Assembly: GCF_035084215.1 (NCBI RefSeq)
Contig: NC_090337.1
Location: 25,296,001 to 25,360,000, forward strand
Length of the DNA: 64,000 bases
DNA from: Heptranchias perlo
Lineage: Eukaryota
Direction: 5' to 3'
Position numbers and translations under genes: made by a program. Shown in pieces: positions 11,610 to 25,292 of this stretch; position 1 is the stretch's first letter, and each line of letters opens with the position of its first letter. The notes beneath the pieces are model-generated. The model saw nothing but the letters and a program-made list of their open reading frames with translations. It ran no database searches and was not told the origin of the DNA.

Positions 11610-13160
11610 TTATTTTTATTTGTTCATGGGATGTGGGCGTCGCTGGCAAGGCCAGCATTTATTGTCCATCCCTAATTGCCTTTGAGATGGTGGTGGTGAG
11701 CCGCCTTCTTGAACCGCTGCAGTTTGTGTGGTGAAGGTTCTTCCACAGTGCTGTTAGGCTTTTGACCCAGTGACTATGAAGGAATGGCGATATATTTCCA
11801 AGTCGGGATGATGTGTGACTTGGAGGGGAACGTGCAGGTGGTGTTGTTCCTATGTGCCTGCTGCCCTTGTCCTTCTAGGTGGTAGAGGTCGCGGGTTTGA
11901 GAGATGCTGCAGTGCATCCTGTGGATGGTACTGCAGCCACTGTGCGCCGGCGGTGAAGGGATTGAATGTATGGGGTGGCAATCAAGCGGGCTGCTTTGTC
12001 CTGGATGATGTTAAGTTTCTTGTGTTGGAGCTGCACTCATCTAGGCAAGTGGAGAGTATTCCATCACACTCCTGACTTGTGTCTTGTAGATTGTGGAAAG
12101 GCTTTGGGGAATCAGGAGGTGAGTCACTCGCCACGGAATACCCAGCCTCTGATCTGCTCTTGTAGCTACAGTATTTATGTGGCTGGTCCAGTTAAGTTTC
12201 TGGTCAATGGTGACCCCAAGGATGTTGATGGGGGATTCGGCGATGGTAATGCTGTTGAATGTCAAGGAGAGGTGGTTAGACTCTTGTTGGAGATGGTCAT
12301 TGTCTGGCACGAATATTACTTGCCACTTATCAGCTCAAGCCTGGATGTTATCCAGGTCATGCTGCATGCAGGCACAGACTGCTTCGTTATCTCAGGGGTT
12401 GTGAATGGAACTGAACACTGCAATCATCAGCGAACATCCACTTTTCTGCCCTTATGATGGAGAGAAGGTCATTGATGAAGCAGCTGAAGGTGGTTGGGCC
12501 TAGGATACCGCCCTGAGGAACTCCTGCAGCAATGTCCTTGGGCTGAGATGATTGGCCTCCCACAACCACTACCATCTTCCTTTGTGCAAGGTATGACTCC
12601 AGCCACTGGCGAATTTTCCCCCTGAATCCCACTGACTTCAATTTTACAAGGGCTCCTTGGTGCCACGCTCAGTCAAATGCTGTCTTGATATCAAGGGCAG
12701 TCACTCTCACCTCACCTCTGGAATTCAGCTCTTTTGTCCGTGTTTGGACCAAGGCTGTGATGAGGTCTGGAGCTGAGTGGTCCTGGCAGAACCCAAACTG
12801 AGCGGTGAGCAGGTTATTGGTGAGTAAGTGCCACTTAATAGCACCATCAACGACATCTTCCATCACTTTGCTGATGATTGAGAGTAGACTGATGGGGCGG
12901 TAATTGGCTGGATTGGATTTGTCCTGCTTTTTGTGGACAGGACGTACCTGGGCAATTTTCCACATTGTCGGGTGGATGCCAATGTTGTAGCTGTACTGGA
13001 ACAGTTTGGCTAGAGGCGGAGCTAGTTCTGGAGCAGAAGTCTTCAGCATTACAGCCAGGATGTTGTCGGGGCCCATAGCCTTTGTTGTATCCAGTGCACT
13101 CAGCCGTTTCTTGATATCACGTGGAATGAATCGAATTGGCTGAAGACTGGCTTCTGTGAT
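11610..13160 (-). mobile_element. Decayed non-LTR retrotransposon (CR1/L2/Jockey-group RT), distinct from the amniote-type CR1 copies
   Basis: GPDNI, PANYRPISLLSIISKVME, ALDIKTAFD, AGVPQGGILGP, FADD, YKTQVRSVMEY, with frameshifts. Confidence 0.85.
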
Positions 13161-13174
13161 TTATTCAGGTTCGA

Positions 13175-13680
13175 ATCATACAGCAGAGAAGGAGGACATT
13201 CGGCTCATTGTGCCTGTGTCAGCTCTTTGAAAGCTATTCAATTAGTCCAAACGCCCTGCAAATTTTCCATTTCAAGTATATATCCAGTTCCCTTTTGAAA
13301 GTTACTAGTGAATCTGTTTCCACCACCTTTTCAGGCAATGCATTCCAGATCATAACTTGCTGTGTTTAAAAAAAAAATTCTCCTCACCTCCCCTTTGGTT
13401 CTTTTGCCAATTACCGTAAATCTGTATCCTCTGGTTACCGACCCTCCTGTCAGTGGAAACAGTTTTTCCTCATTTAATCTTATCAATACCCTTCATAATT
13501 TTGAATACTTCTGTTAAATCTCTCCATAACCTCCTGCTCTAAGGAGAACAATCCTAGCTTCTCTAGTCTCTACACATAACTAAAGTCCCTCACCCTGGTA
13601 TCATTCTGGTAAATTGCCTCTGCACCCTCTTCAGTGCCTCGACATCCTTCCTAAAGTGTGATGCCCAGAACCGGACACTA
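13175..13680 (-). mobile_element. CR1 3' fragment
   Basis: Reverse complement resembles the CR1 RT end and 3'UTR seen elsewhere in the window. Confidence 0.75.
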
Positions 13681-14450
13681 CTCCACCTCTCTTTAATCTT
13701 GATATCTTTTCTAAGTTAACTGCTATAAAATTGCGCGTTGTTACATTGTATTGAATACTGACAATCTGAAGCTGACCTATTTGACAGAAGTATAGTAATA
13801 TGTACAATAAGAAGCAGACTTGATTATGCCACTTTAAGGCTGAATTTTGTGGGGAAGACTTGTGCAGATTGGAGTCTGGTGATTTATACAAAATAATTTC
13901 CACTAGAAACTTTCTTTTGTCAACCTGGGCCTTTGCCAGAGTATGGCTGGGAAAACACAAACCATCTTGACTCAATGCCAGATATAAACAAAGGCTCCTT
14001 TCTACCACAATACAACAGGACGTGTGAACAGTGAAGTGTTTTAGGATTTCTTACTTAGAAACTGCAAATTTATCTGCTGTTTGCCTTGTTTAAGCATGGC
14101 ATACCACCTTAATATGATAAAGTTAGAGGAAAAAAAATCATGGTGTTGGGTTAAAAATAATTCTGTGCGTTTAGTACAATTATATGGGATCAATTCAGGA
14201 TACAAAGATCTTAAACCAGTTTCCCCTGAAATGGAATTAGTTGTCCTTGTACCATGTACAGGAACATACAACATTTTTATTTTCTCCCAGCTATTTCAAC
14301 TTCTTTTCTGTTTCTTTCTTGGATTCTTGTTATTTCCATGTATTTATTTTACCTTCTCCACTTGTTTTTGTTATGACTCAAAGGTAAAAATAATCCCTTT
14401 TTTGATCATCAAAAGATCTGTATAGATTGGACTATGCATCTTCTGGCTCT

Positions 14451-14681
14451 CAATTGTAAACAATTTTACAACACCAAGTTATAGTCCAGCAATTTTATTT
14501 TAAATTCACAAGCTTTCGGAGGCTACCTCCTTCCTCAGGTGAACGATGTGGAACACCTGAGGAAGGAGGTAGCCTCCGAAAGCTTGTGAATTTAAAATAA
14601 AATTGCTGGACTATAACTTGGTGTTGTAAAATTGTTTACAATTGTCAACCCCAGTCCATCACCGGCATCTCCACATCATGA
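14451..14681. mobile_element. Non-autonomous Penelope-type element: perfect palindrome plus tail, with 13-bp TSD
   Basis: Arms 14451-14541 and 14554-14644 are exact reverse complements; CTTCTGGCTCTCA at 14440-14452 and 14682-14694. Confidence 0.9.
14554..14588 (+). ncRNA. Minimal type I hammerhead ribozyme motif (mirror copy on - strand at 14507-14541)
   Basis: CAC-CUGAGGA-A-GGAGG/UAG/CCUCC-GAAA-GC-UU-GUG: catalytic core, stem II, palindromic stem III, CAC/GUG stem I. Confidence 0.8.
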
Positions 14682-16674
14682 CTTCTGGCTCTCAGGGTGA
14701 CCTGCTCCAAGGTCACAACTCTTCCATCTCACAGTGCCATCCATACATCATACCTTTGCCTATTACCCCTGCCCACTCTGTACCAATCATATCTTGTCAA
14801 ATCTCATTGTTTGACATATCATGTATTCACTGCCACCTTCCTCATTGTCTGCTCCACTTATTTTTTTTTCATACTCCTTGTAATCTCCTTGGCATCCACT
14901 TGTCACCACCTTCTGATGACCTGACCTGCTTGATACCAAGAACTTGCCATACAGGGAATTACTGGCCCTACCCAATGGCCTACCTTTCCAATCTGCAGCA
15001 GTTTGATAAAAGATGTACCACTAAATCACCATTAATTCTGTTTTTAAAGGAAAAGAATGAAAAAGTGCAATTTGTTCCTTGTCCAGAAAAATTCCATTGT
15101 ATTTTTCAAATGAGAGAACACTATGCTTTACTTTGGCTCTATTGGAATAAGCGTACACATCTTTCAAGATAATGACTAATATTAATGCAGAGAAATTGCT
15201 CTGAAGAGAGCAACACATGTCCATCTCAATTGATTTTTTTTCCCTGGTCCTATGTGAGATACAATAATACTTCAATTTATGCTAAGCTAGGAAACTGATG
15301 TAAATGTTCAGCCCATTGTTGATGGTGACCTCAATCAAATGGTCTCAGCTTCCATAGGCACATAGCCAGAAACATGCATGTTCACACAACCATATAACCC
15401 TTTTTGGTCACAACATATGATTTAGCCAGTTTCAGTGGCAATTCCTGCAAACTATGTTTTTGATATACTAACAAGTATGTATGAGATTGTTGAAAGTAAC
15501 TAACATAATACCAAAATGAGAAGTTACTGTGACATTTTAGAATTTTTTATTCATACTTTCTCTTGTTTTTCCTTAGTTTTAGATGCTAAATTCAAAAATG
15601 GAGGTTACATCTTCATTAAAAGTCAGCATGTGTGCTCAGTTGAAGTGTCTGGTTTATTGCCAGAGCAGCTCTTTGAATGGGACAAAGTACTTGGCACGTT
15701 AATTCTGTGATGCAAAGTTGGTAAGAGATGATGTATCATAGGAACACTTGCTGTAATCCTATTAGGACAGACTGGGAAAAGAGGCAACTTAATTCTGATC
15801 AGAAATAAAACATTTTTCAGTTAAAGGTGCTTTAAACCAGGCATGATGGAATGTGTCTAACTTGTTGAGGGTACTGTCCGCCAGTCCGCAGATGACATAG
15901 GTTCTGACACCGGCACAGATAGTCATCAGGAGGAGAAAGAAAATCTGATTTAGATGCGATGGGGGAAATGGGCCCGTGTCTAGCAGATGACATTTAACGT
16001 AGTGTAATGCAAGTCGGTAGGGCTAATGCCTTGCAGGTGTATACTATTTTGGCCTCAAAAGTATTGGGATCAAGCCTGATTCATAGAACTGACTTTATTG
16101 GACTTGTTCCTAATGACCATTATGCAATGTTCCTGAGTGAATTACATTGAATTAATTTGATTTTAAAAATCTTAAATGGTTTTTCAGAGAGTGAAAAGAT
16201 GAAAACACTTTACCCTTGTACCATCTGTTATGACGAAACAGCAGCAGCCATTATCAGGAACGTGTACTTTTATGTTCTCACCATTGTTTTTCAACCTTTG
16301 CCTTCTGATTGGCCGAAGCTCAGCCTGTAGAACAGAAATGAACATGAGTAGCTAAACTGTGTTTTCCTGAAATGAGCCACTGCTGTGTAATATCTTCATA
16401 AGGATCAGTGCTGGAGAGAATATTCTTAATAAAAAAAAACTTTCTTTCACTCCTACCTATTGCAAAATGCAGTGTATTTATTGCACCAATTCAAAGATAC
16501 TCACACAATGTTTATACTAGCCATCTGGAAAAGTCTTGGCATTGCACCAGTCAGTTAAATCTTCAGCTTGCAGGTCATAAAAACCTGCAGAAAGGTGTGA
16601 TGGATTTTGTAATATATACAATGAAAAAATGTAACTACTGTGGTACATGAGCTTTATCAAAAAAGGAGCTAAAA

Positions 16675-18140
16675 ATAAAAACAGGACAAGCTTGAAACAC
16701 TCAGCAAATCAGGCAGCATCCCTGGGAAATTAGTCACCGTTTTAAGATGTGGGCCCTTCCTCAAGACTAGGAGATGTTACAGATGAGCGACATTTAAAAA
16801 GGAACGCAATGAGGGATGGGGGAAGTGAAAAAAACGCGCACACAAGCAAAGAAATAGAATGACCTGTGACGGGTTTGGTTGGAGGACAGGATGTGATGTG
16901 ATGTTAGCAGGAGACTTTGTGAAAAAAATAAAAGACATACAAGGCACAGGAAATGTGTGAATAGCTAAAGGGGGCTAGATAGAAAGGGAAGCGTAAAAAA
17001 TGGTAAGGCATAGTATTCTCCACCGGCCCGGGAGTCTGGTGGAAGTAGACAAAAAAGAAGCCGGTTGACACCAAGGACACAGCCCACCCCACCAGTAGTG
17101 CTCCAACGGAGGGACGGGGGTTGTTCCCTCTGCGCCCCCCCCCCCCCAAAGTACCATCTCACCTCCTACCCCCCATCCCCAGACACTGACACTAGCACTA
17201 GCACTGGCACATGCATCCTGCATTGCCAGGATCAGCTGCCAAAGAGAAAATGGAAGTTTTAGTGAAGGTCTAAAGTTATTAAAGTCAATGTTAAAGCCAG
17301 AGAGCTTACAGGGTGCCTAGTTGAAAGATGAAGTGCTGTTCCTCAAGCTTATGGTGAGCTTCACTACAACAGTGTAAGAAATCGAAAGTCACAGAAGTCA
17401 GTGTAGGAAAAGGAGAGAGATTTGAAATGGCAAATGATGGGAAGCCAGGGGTTGCACTTGCAAACATAACTGAGGCGTTCAGCAAAGTACGAATATTCGA
17501 CAATGACAAACAGGTAAAGACCCACTGGTTCATCAGTCTGTCCCACTCAATCACAAAGCCTTGTGCATCACAATATGTACACTCCCACTCCACCCGAAAA
17601 CCATGTAATCTGCGAGAGGTGGAAAACCAGATTAAAAACCCAGGCCAATTAGGAAAAATATCTGGAAAGTTCCACTCCGACCCCTTTAGGCGATCAAAAC
17701 TAGTCCAGGAGATCACCCTGGCGCTGATTAATGTTATGTAGTACCTACCTTTTGTACGAGATGATCTTCGCCCCAGCCAGAAACAGGTCTAGCTCTCTCT
17801 TGAAGGAATTCAGTGAATCAGTGTTCACTTAATCAACTAACCTACATTTGGTTTCCCCAATGTAGAGGAGACCACACCTTAAGCAACGAATACAGTATAC
17901 AAGATTGGAGGAGGTACATCTAAATTGCAGTGTCTCAGAAGTGTATAGGGCCCTGAACGGTGGTGAGTGGGGAGGTGAATGGGCAGGTGTTGCATCTCCT
18001 ACACTTGTGTGAGAAGATGCGAGGGGAAGGAGAGCATGTGGTGGAGGTGATTGAAGAGTGAACCAGGGTGTCACAGAGGGACCGGTCCCTTCAGAATGAT
18101 AAGAAGGGAGGGGAAGATGTGCTTGGTGGCAGGATTGCAC
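16675..18140 (-). mobile_element. Decayed Penelope-like element with internal insertions
   Basis: FRCTSSNLVYCIRCLRCGLLYIGETKCRL (GIY-YIG), KLEEQHFIFQLGTL; degenerate hammerhead at 16732-16768. Confidence 0.75.
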
Positions 18141-18599
18141 TTGGAGAGCCAGTTTAAAATTACTTTTCATACCACTATTATCTTACAGAGCTGCTCCTCA
18201 ATTTTTGGGAACACTATTCCCCCACAATGCTCATCTTTGGTCACCCAGTGCACCGCTTGAAGCTTTCTACAACCGCAAGACGTCTGTTATATAGATCTAA
18301 TGTGGAGAATACTGGTTTCACTGTAAAAATAATTATTTTAATTTGGATGATATTTTATTAGTGGCAACTTTGCAACAGGATGTTTGAGTGGTGTCCTATT
18401 TAAAATAGGGTTCCCCACACCAATAGTGAACTGCAGAGCCAATCATTTTATTCCTTTTGTGCAGTATAATTGCACCCAAAAAAACACCATGAATGCTGCA
18501 AATCTGAAATAAACAGAAAATGCTGAAATGCACAGCAAGTCAGTAAACATCCGAAAGAAATAAAAATAAAAGTTCTTGTTCAGTGTCGCTACATTTATG

Positions 18600-20250
18600 A
18601 GAACATTTATTTGGTCTGGTGCCTGATACATTATCACCAGAGGACTGGTCTGTGGAGCACCTTCCTCCCCTTGATCAGGAGAAGGCATTTGACAGGGTCA
18701 ATCATGAATGCTCTGGATTTTTAGTAGACCAGTTGCAGGTGGACATCCTGCCAGAGGAGCTCTGTGCTTCCAGCTGGAGCACCACCCACCTGTTGCATCT
18801 GGTGTTGGCCTGAACCCCACAGAGGATGCCTGACTGACAAACTGAACTGAGCTGGAGATGAAAGTCGCCACTTATCTTGGATGTTGGATAGGATTGCTCC
18901 AAGGGCTTTCATACAGAAATAAACTGGCTGGTAGCCATTATACATTGGTACTGGCTAGTTACATTGGTTCCTCCCACTGAATTTGTTACTAGGAACCAGA
19001 AGAAATTAACCTACAGAGACCATGTAGAATTACCTCGATGTTGAGGATCCTCGGAAATGGTGATGTTTTTCTTCTGCCAGCTGCACAGCCTGAACTTCTA
19101 CATCCACCTTGAAGAGATGTTTCTGCTCTAGCTGCCTTTGTTTTGTTTTATTGGGAGCTCCTAAAAATCTGGAACTTGGTTGCTTCCTGCAGGGAGTTTC
19201 TCATGACAGAGGATTCTTGCTGAGCCGCTCCGTTGAAACCCCCAGCTGCCCATACTCAGCTTCAGCAGTACATGGCCGAAAAAGAGACAAGCCCTTACTA
19301 TCGAGGTAACCAGAGTCGGGGATGTACTGGATGGAAGTGGAGCAGGATGGATGTTGTTGGAGATGTTAGCCATCCAGATGTCCTAGCGTTATGACCGTCC
19401 TGCAGTCAGTGCTGTCCAGGAACTAGTCCTCACACTATTAGGTGCATTGAGGATGCTTGATGAGGCATTCTGTCCAATCTCACCCCCATTTAGATGGAGC
19501 TGCTCATCAGTGCAGGGCCCTGAGATCACTTAGAATACTCCACTTCATGCTTTACCCTTCTCTCAAAAATTCCCTCTATGCTATTCCTCTATTCCCTGGT
19601 GTTGCAGCTGCTCCACTTCCCTGCCATAGTCTGCTCTGTTAAACCCTGGAGGAACATCCTGGCAACCAGTGGGGGCAAGCGTCCCCTGTAGAAAGTCTTG
19701 CAGTTGAGGAACTTCCCCGGTAACACTTGGGACCTGGGATGTGGTGAGTGCAGCACAGCCCATTGGCATCAAATGTCTATTTGAGCCATTCCTCAGACAT
19801 TCTGGGCAGGTGCCTGTTTTGTAGGTAAGGTAAATCTATTTTCTATATGTCCTGTGCCAGAGGTTGCAGATCTTTTTTCCATTACCTGAAGAGGCTGGTG
19901 CTCAACTTCAGGCTTCATTTCTCATTCACACTTTTTAATCTGTGGTCACATGGTGCACAGAAGGGCAAGTATATCAAACGACCTCCTTATTCCTAAGTCT
20001 GGAAAAAAATGCCATCAACTGGTCCAGGATGTGTATGTGCGCCCAGGTGGTAGGGGTGGGGTCGCTGACTATGCTGCTATTCTGAGCCCTACTGCAAGCT
20101 TGGGCAACCTTGGTGAGTTCATGCAGCGTTCACCAGTTTGACTGCAGCCTTCCACAACCAGTTGGCACTGCAGGGCATAGCCTGCTTTATTGATGCTGAG
20201 AAGCAGATTGGCATTTAACACTAAATCCATGCACATTCTTAGTTCGACTG
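18600..20250 (+). mobile_element. Highly decayed Tx1/L1-clade LINE
   Basis: LDQEKAFDRVNH motif near 18670; downstream extent is approximate. Confidence 0.5.
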
Positions 20251-20399
20251 GGTTCCTTGTTATAATGGTGCCCTAATGGGAGCAATTGTAGTTGTATTTG
20301 TCCTGGTAGCGTTGGGCTCTCACACCCAGTACCAGTCTATGGGCCAGTTTACACAAGAGTCTCATGCTGCCAACACTGAGTATGTGAGAGAAGTGAATA

Positions 20400-20570
20400 A
20401 AGGGAGCGCCATTCCCCACTGCTTGTGACATCACAAAGAGCAGCGGCACCGCCCCTTTATGTGTTGGCGTACTTGATTGGTCAATGCCTGGCCAGCTGGC
20501 ATTCGGAGAGGCGGAGCTTAGCGGGGATCAGTAACTTTCCGCGGGGGTCTGAGAGAGTGAAGGGCTGAGG
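20400..20570 (+). promoter_or_regulatory. Promoter of the C2orf72-like gene
   Basis: CRE-like TGACATCA at about 20426, GC boxes CCGCCC/GGCGGAG, inverted CCAAT (ATTGG at about 20477), CpG-rich. Confidence 0.55.
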
Positions 20571-21231
20571 ATGGAGGAAGGGGGAGCAGATTTAGATCCA
20601 GACTGGACCGAGAGGGAGTTCCAGCAACTGGTCAAAGCCATTGGAGGCAGAGAGAGCATCTTCCTGATCGGGGAGGTGTGCGAGAGCCGGGACCTGATGT
20701 TTCAGTTCGTTAGTAACATGTTTCCACATTCTGGGGAAGTTTGCAGTAAAATTTCGGACACGGGGAGCAATCAGCAAATGATGGAGCCGCAATGCAAGGA
20801 CTCGGAGACCGACAACGAGCGGGAGTTTCAGGGCTTATTGGATTCTTCTACCAAGGTGACCCACCTGGTTAACGGGAGTAAGGAGCAGAGGCGGATCAAA
20901 GCCCGGCTAATTCTCTTCCTCTTCCACCAGGATTTCATCTGTAACAAGCAGAACGATCTCGTAATCCGAGAGCTTCTGAAGGACGTTCGGCAACGGTCCA
21001 GTTCCTGGGAAGACCTGCCTGCTCTCATCGGGGTGGTCCACGCTGACACTGCTAGCGGGGAGCTGAGCGTCGCCGTCCGCCTTATAGAGTATTACCTGCG
21101 GACAGTCTTTCACCGGCATCCGGGTGAGTGCGTGCAGGCACTTCCCTTCATATCCAACCAGCCAGACTCTATGACAGAGCTGAAAAAGACCACCTGTGTT
21201 GTCCTCCGAGCTGTTTCGAGCGTCACAGCAG
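20571..21231 (+). CDS. C2orf72: C2orf72-like uncharacterised protein, exon 1
   Basis: CpG-rich 220-codon frame (FQQLVKAIGGRESIFLIGE...LILFLF...PALIGVV); phase-1 donor CAG/GTACCT; lies upstream of PSMD1 as human C2orf72 does. Confidence 0.8.
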
Positions 21232-21989
21232 GTACCTAGCAGGACTCACAGCTAATCTGACATTATAGGATTCTCCCTACATGTTATGGAATTGTCTTTG
21301 TTTTTTGGTGTATGTTTTTACCCCCATTGAATGTAGTTTGTCATCAATGTCGTTGTGGCAGGACGCATTAATACTAGTCTGAGCCGAAGATTTCCCGATA
21401 ATTGTCCGACGATCCCAAAAAGGGCGCATAGATGCCCAATAGGAGGCAGAAACATAGAACTATCTAGTGCCGATGTCCCCAAACTTTTTTGTTGTTGACC
21501 CCACTACTGAAATTCATGTTCCTGGCACCCCCTCTCTTTCTAAGAAGCAGTATTTTTGCATAGAACATGAGGATTTTATTTTCTGAGCTAACATTACATC
21601 TTACTTAAGAAAGAAGGCAACAGAAATAGAACAGTACCACTATTATACTACCAAATAAACTTGAACATTTGATGGCTTACATTTGTCACAGTGAGTAGGA
21701 TGAGCCTGTTTGCTAGCTGGTTACGATCTCAGCACTCAGTTGGAGTTAAACTCTTTGCCCCCAGACAAGGTTAGGATCTTTGTTCCTATATAGGGTTAGA
21801 ATCTCGCCCCTCAGCTAGAGTTCGGATCCACGTCCCACGGATAGGCTTAGGATCTCAGTCCCCAGATAGGTGAGATTGACATAGGAACTCTGAAGGAAAG
21901 ACAATAGTCAGTAAGGCAAGAGAAAAATGTAGAGGCTGAAGGAGACTGATACACAGAAGTGAAGGAACAACAATCTGTCCCCTCCCCCC

Positions 21990-24140
21990 TCATACATACC
22001 AGTATCCATATCCTTAGTTCCTATAGTCCAACCCCACTTCCTTCACCCAACATTCGCGGCCATGCCTTCGGCTGTCTGAGCCCTAAGCTCTGGAATTCCC
22101 TCCTTTCGATAAGGTACCGCATTGCAGACTCATGGCTAAGGTCAGAGCATGTGGAGTCAGGGGACAGGTAGCAGAATAGATAGAAAGTTGGCTACAAAAC
22201 AGAAAACAGAGAGTAGGGGTTAAGGATAGCTACTCAGACTGGCAAAAGGTATGAAATGATGTTCAACAGGAATCGGTGCTGGGACCTCTGTTGTTCACAA
22301 TTTACATTAACGATTTGGAATCAGAAGTTCAATTTCAAAACTTGCGGGGTATAGTTAGAATCATAGGTTACAGCACGGAAGGAGGCCATTTGGCCCATCA
22401 AGTCCGTGCCGGCTCTATGCACGAGCAATCCAGCTAGTCTCATTCCCCCACTCTGTCCCTGTAGTCCTGCACATTTTTTCGTTTCAAGTACTTATCCAGT
22501 TCCCTTTTGAAGGCCATGATTGAATCTGCCTCCACCATTCCCTCGAGCAGTGCATTCCAGATCCCAACAACTCGCTGCGTAAAAAAAAAGTTTTTCCTCA
22601 TGGCACCTTAGGTTCTTTTGCCAATCACCTTAAATCTATGCCCTCTGGTTCTTGACCCTTCCGCCAATGGGAAAAGTTTTTGTCTACCTACTCTATCTAG
22701 ACCCTTCATGATTTTGAATACCTCTATCAAATCTCCTCTCCACTTTCTCTGTTCCAAGGAGAACAATCCCAGCTTCTCTAGTCTATCCACGTAATTTAAG
22801 TCCCTCATGCCTGGAATAATTCTAGTAAATCTCCTCTGCACCCTCTCTAAGGCCTTCACGTCCTTCCTAAAGTGCGGTGCCCAGAACTGGACACAATACT
22901 CCAGCAGTGGTTGAACCAGTGTTTTATAAAGGTTCATCATGACTTCCTTGCTTTGGTACTCTATTCCTCTGTTTATAAAGCCCAGGACCCCGTATGCTTT
23001 TTTAACCACTCTCTCAACCTGCCCTGCCACCTTTAACAATTTGTGTACATTTTCCCCCCAGATCCCTCTGTTCCTCTACCTCCAAATACAAAAGAAGAAT
23101 GATTCAAAATGCAAGAGGGCATTAATAAACTTGCAGAATGGGTGTGTAATTGGCAAATGAATATAGATAAGTGTGAGGTGGAGCATTTTGGTAGGAAGAA
23201 TAAGGGGGCCACATATTGATTGGATAATAAGAGTCTAAATGGGGTAGAGGAGCAAAGGGATCTAGGGGTACAGATACACAAACCACTAAGAGTAGTGATG
23301 CAGGTTAAAAAGGCAAATCAAGCACTAGGGTTCATTTCTCGAGGGATAGACTTGAAAAGCAAAAAAAGTTATGTTAAACCTGTATAGAACCTTGGTTAGA
23401 CCACACTTGGAGTATTGTGCACAGTTCTGGTCTCTATATTATAGAAAGGATGTAGAGGCATTGGAGGGGGTGCAAAAAAGATTCACAAGGATGGTACCGG
23501 AACTGAGAGGATATCCTTATCAGGAAAGGCTGAACAGGTGGGGCTCTTTTCTCTAGAAAAGAAGAGGCTGAGGAGTGACCTGAAAGAGGTCTTTAAGATA
23601 ATGATAGAGTTCAATAGGGTAGATGTAGAGAAAATGTTTCCATTTGTGGGGGAGTCCAAAACTGGAGGTCATAAATATAAAACAGTTGCTAATAAACCTA
23701 ATAAGGAATTCAGGAGAAACTTCTTTATCCAAAGAGTGGTAAGAATGTGGAACGCGTTACCACAAGGAGTAGTTGAGGCAAATAGTATAGATGCATTTAA
23801 GGGGAAGTTAGATAAGCACACGAGGGAGAAAGGAATAGAAGGGTATGCTGATAGGGTTAGATGAAGTAGGGAGGGAACAGGCTAGTGTGGAGCATAAATG
23901 CCGGTATTGACCATTTGGGCCAAATGGTCTGTTTCTGTGCTGTAGTTTCATTGTAATTCAATGTAAACCTCTCAACCTCTCTCCTTTAAGACCATCCTTA
24001 AAACCTACAAGCTTTTGGTCACCTTAGCTAATGTCGTCTTCTTTGGTTCGGTGTCAATTTTTGTCCAATTACGCTTCTGTGAAGCACCTTGGGATGTTTT
24101 ACTATGTTAAAGGTGCTATATAAATGCAAGTTGTTATTGT
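21990..24140. mobile_element. Three-level nest: L2-type 3' end (+) containing CR1 (+, about 22107-23960) containing CR1 (-, about 22355-23075)
   Basis: L2 tail halves (CTCTGGAATTCCCTCC at about 22090; CCTTTAAGACCATCCTTAAAACCTAC...ATAAATGCAAGTTG at 23980-24135); CR1 peptides on both strands. Confidence 0.8.
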
Positions 24141-25292
24141 TGTCAATCTTGCATGCCTGTGTAACTACTTTTTTTTGGTGGATTTGATTGTAAAAAGTTT
24201 TGCCAATTATTGCTTTTCCTCTATTGCCAAAGATGAGGCATCATGTGAGCAAGCCACAAAGAAATACAGGCTTAAAAAAAAACTTTGCCCCAGAGCTTCA
24301 GGATCTTAGTGCAACAAAATTAGATGTGCACACCCTAACTCACTGTGCCAACTCACACACAACGAATGGCCACCAGACAAAGTACTGCAGGCCTTCCATT
24401 ATCCACAGAACCACAGCCCAGCAAAGGGGAGAAACTTTGTAATTTAAAAAAAATGGATGTAAACTTTTGAGAAATGTTGATCATAAATGAAGTGCATGAA
24501 ATAAATATGTAATCAACTAGATTGCAAACGCATTTAAACAGCCTTTGAGAGCTAATTCTGATCAAACTGTAAACCCCAAATGAGTGTTTGAATTTCACCT
24601 CAGTACCAAGCAATGCTGCCCTCACAGACTGACAAGGAGGCCAGTGAGCAGGACTGCAATTGCTCGGCCCTTCCCTCAGCAGTACCCATGCCGCCCAGGC
24701 CCTCACTGTACCTCTGCTTTGTGGATCATCTGTTTGGCAATCTCCACACTTCCGTATAGGTTCTGGCCAATTTCTGCGATGGTAAAACATGTGATCACCC
24801 TCAATGGGGCACCCGGAACTCAGCTTGAATTCCAGACCATCTCATCCTCTTTGTGCCCTCCCTGGTAACCTTATCGTGGCCCTGGTTTGGAAACCTCTGC
24901 ACTAGCAGAAAGAAGGAGACATTAGGAGAATTTTTTTCACACAACAGGTTATCAGAATACCCCCTTGTGTCTGGTTTGCTATTAATCATTCACTATTTGT
25001 CCATTCAAAACCTTTCATAATTTTGAAGACCTTTATTAAACCCCTTGTGGCAAAATAGATATTTTTAGGTTTTTTTTTAAACTTGTATTCATGTAATGCT
25101 AGAAGCAGAATGTAAGTGGTTAACTCTCAAGGCTACGTACAGTATTCCAGAAAGGCATCTGTTTGAACTAATCTGTTTGCCTACTATATTTTCTTCAAAG
25201 TACCAGTTCAATTTGTCCTGTAGTGTTAATTAGCTAATCATCCTGGGGATTATTATTTATCAGCCCAAACATCAAGTATTATTAGAGATGGA

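Noticed and set aside
14451-14644. Palindrome as a miRNA precursor or classical DNA-transposon MITE
   Set aside because: The asymmetric tail inside the TSD and the hammerhead core point to a Penelope origin.
20571-21239. 222-aa single-exon ORF as the complete protein
   Set aside because: The stop lies just past a good splice donor at 21232, and in-phase downstream exons exist.
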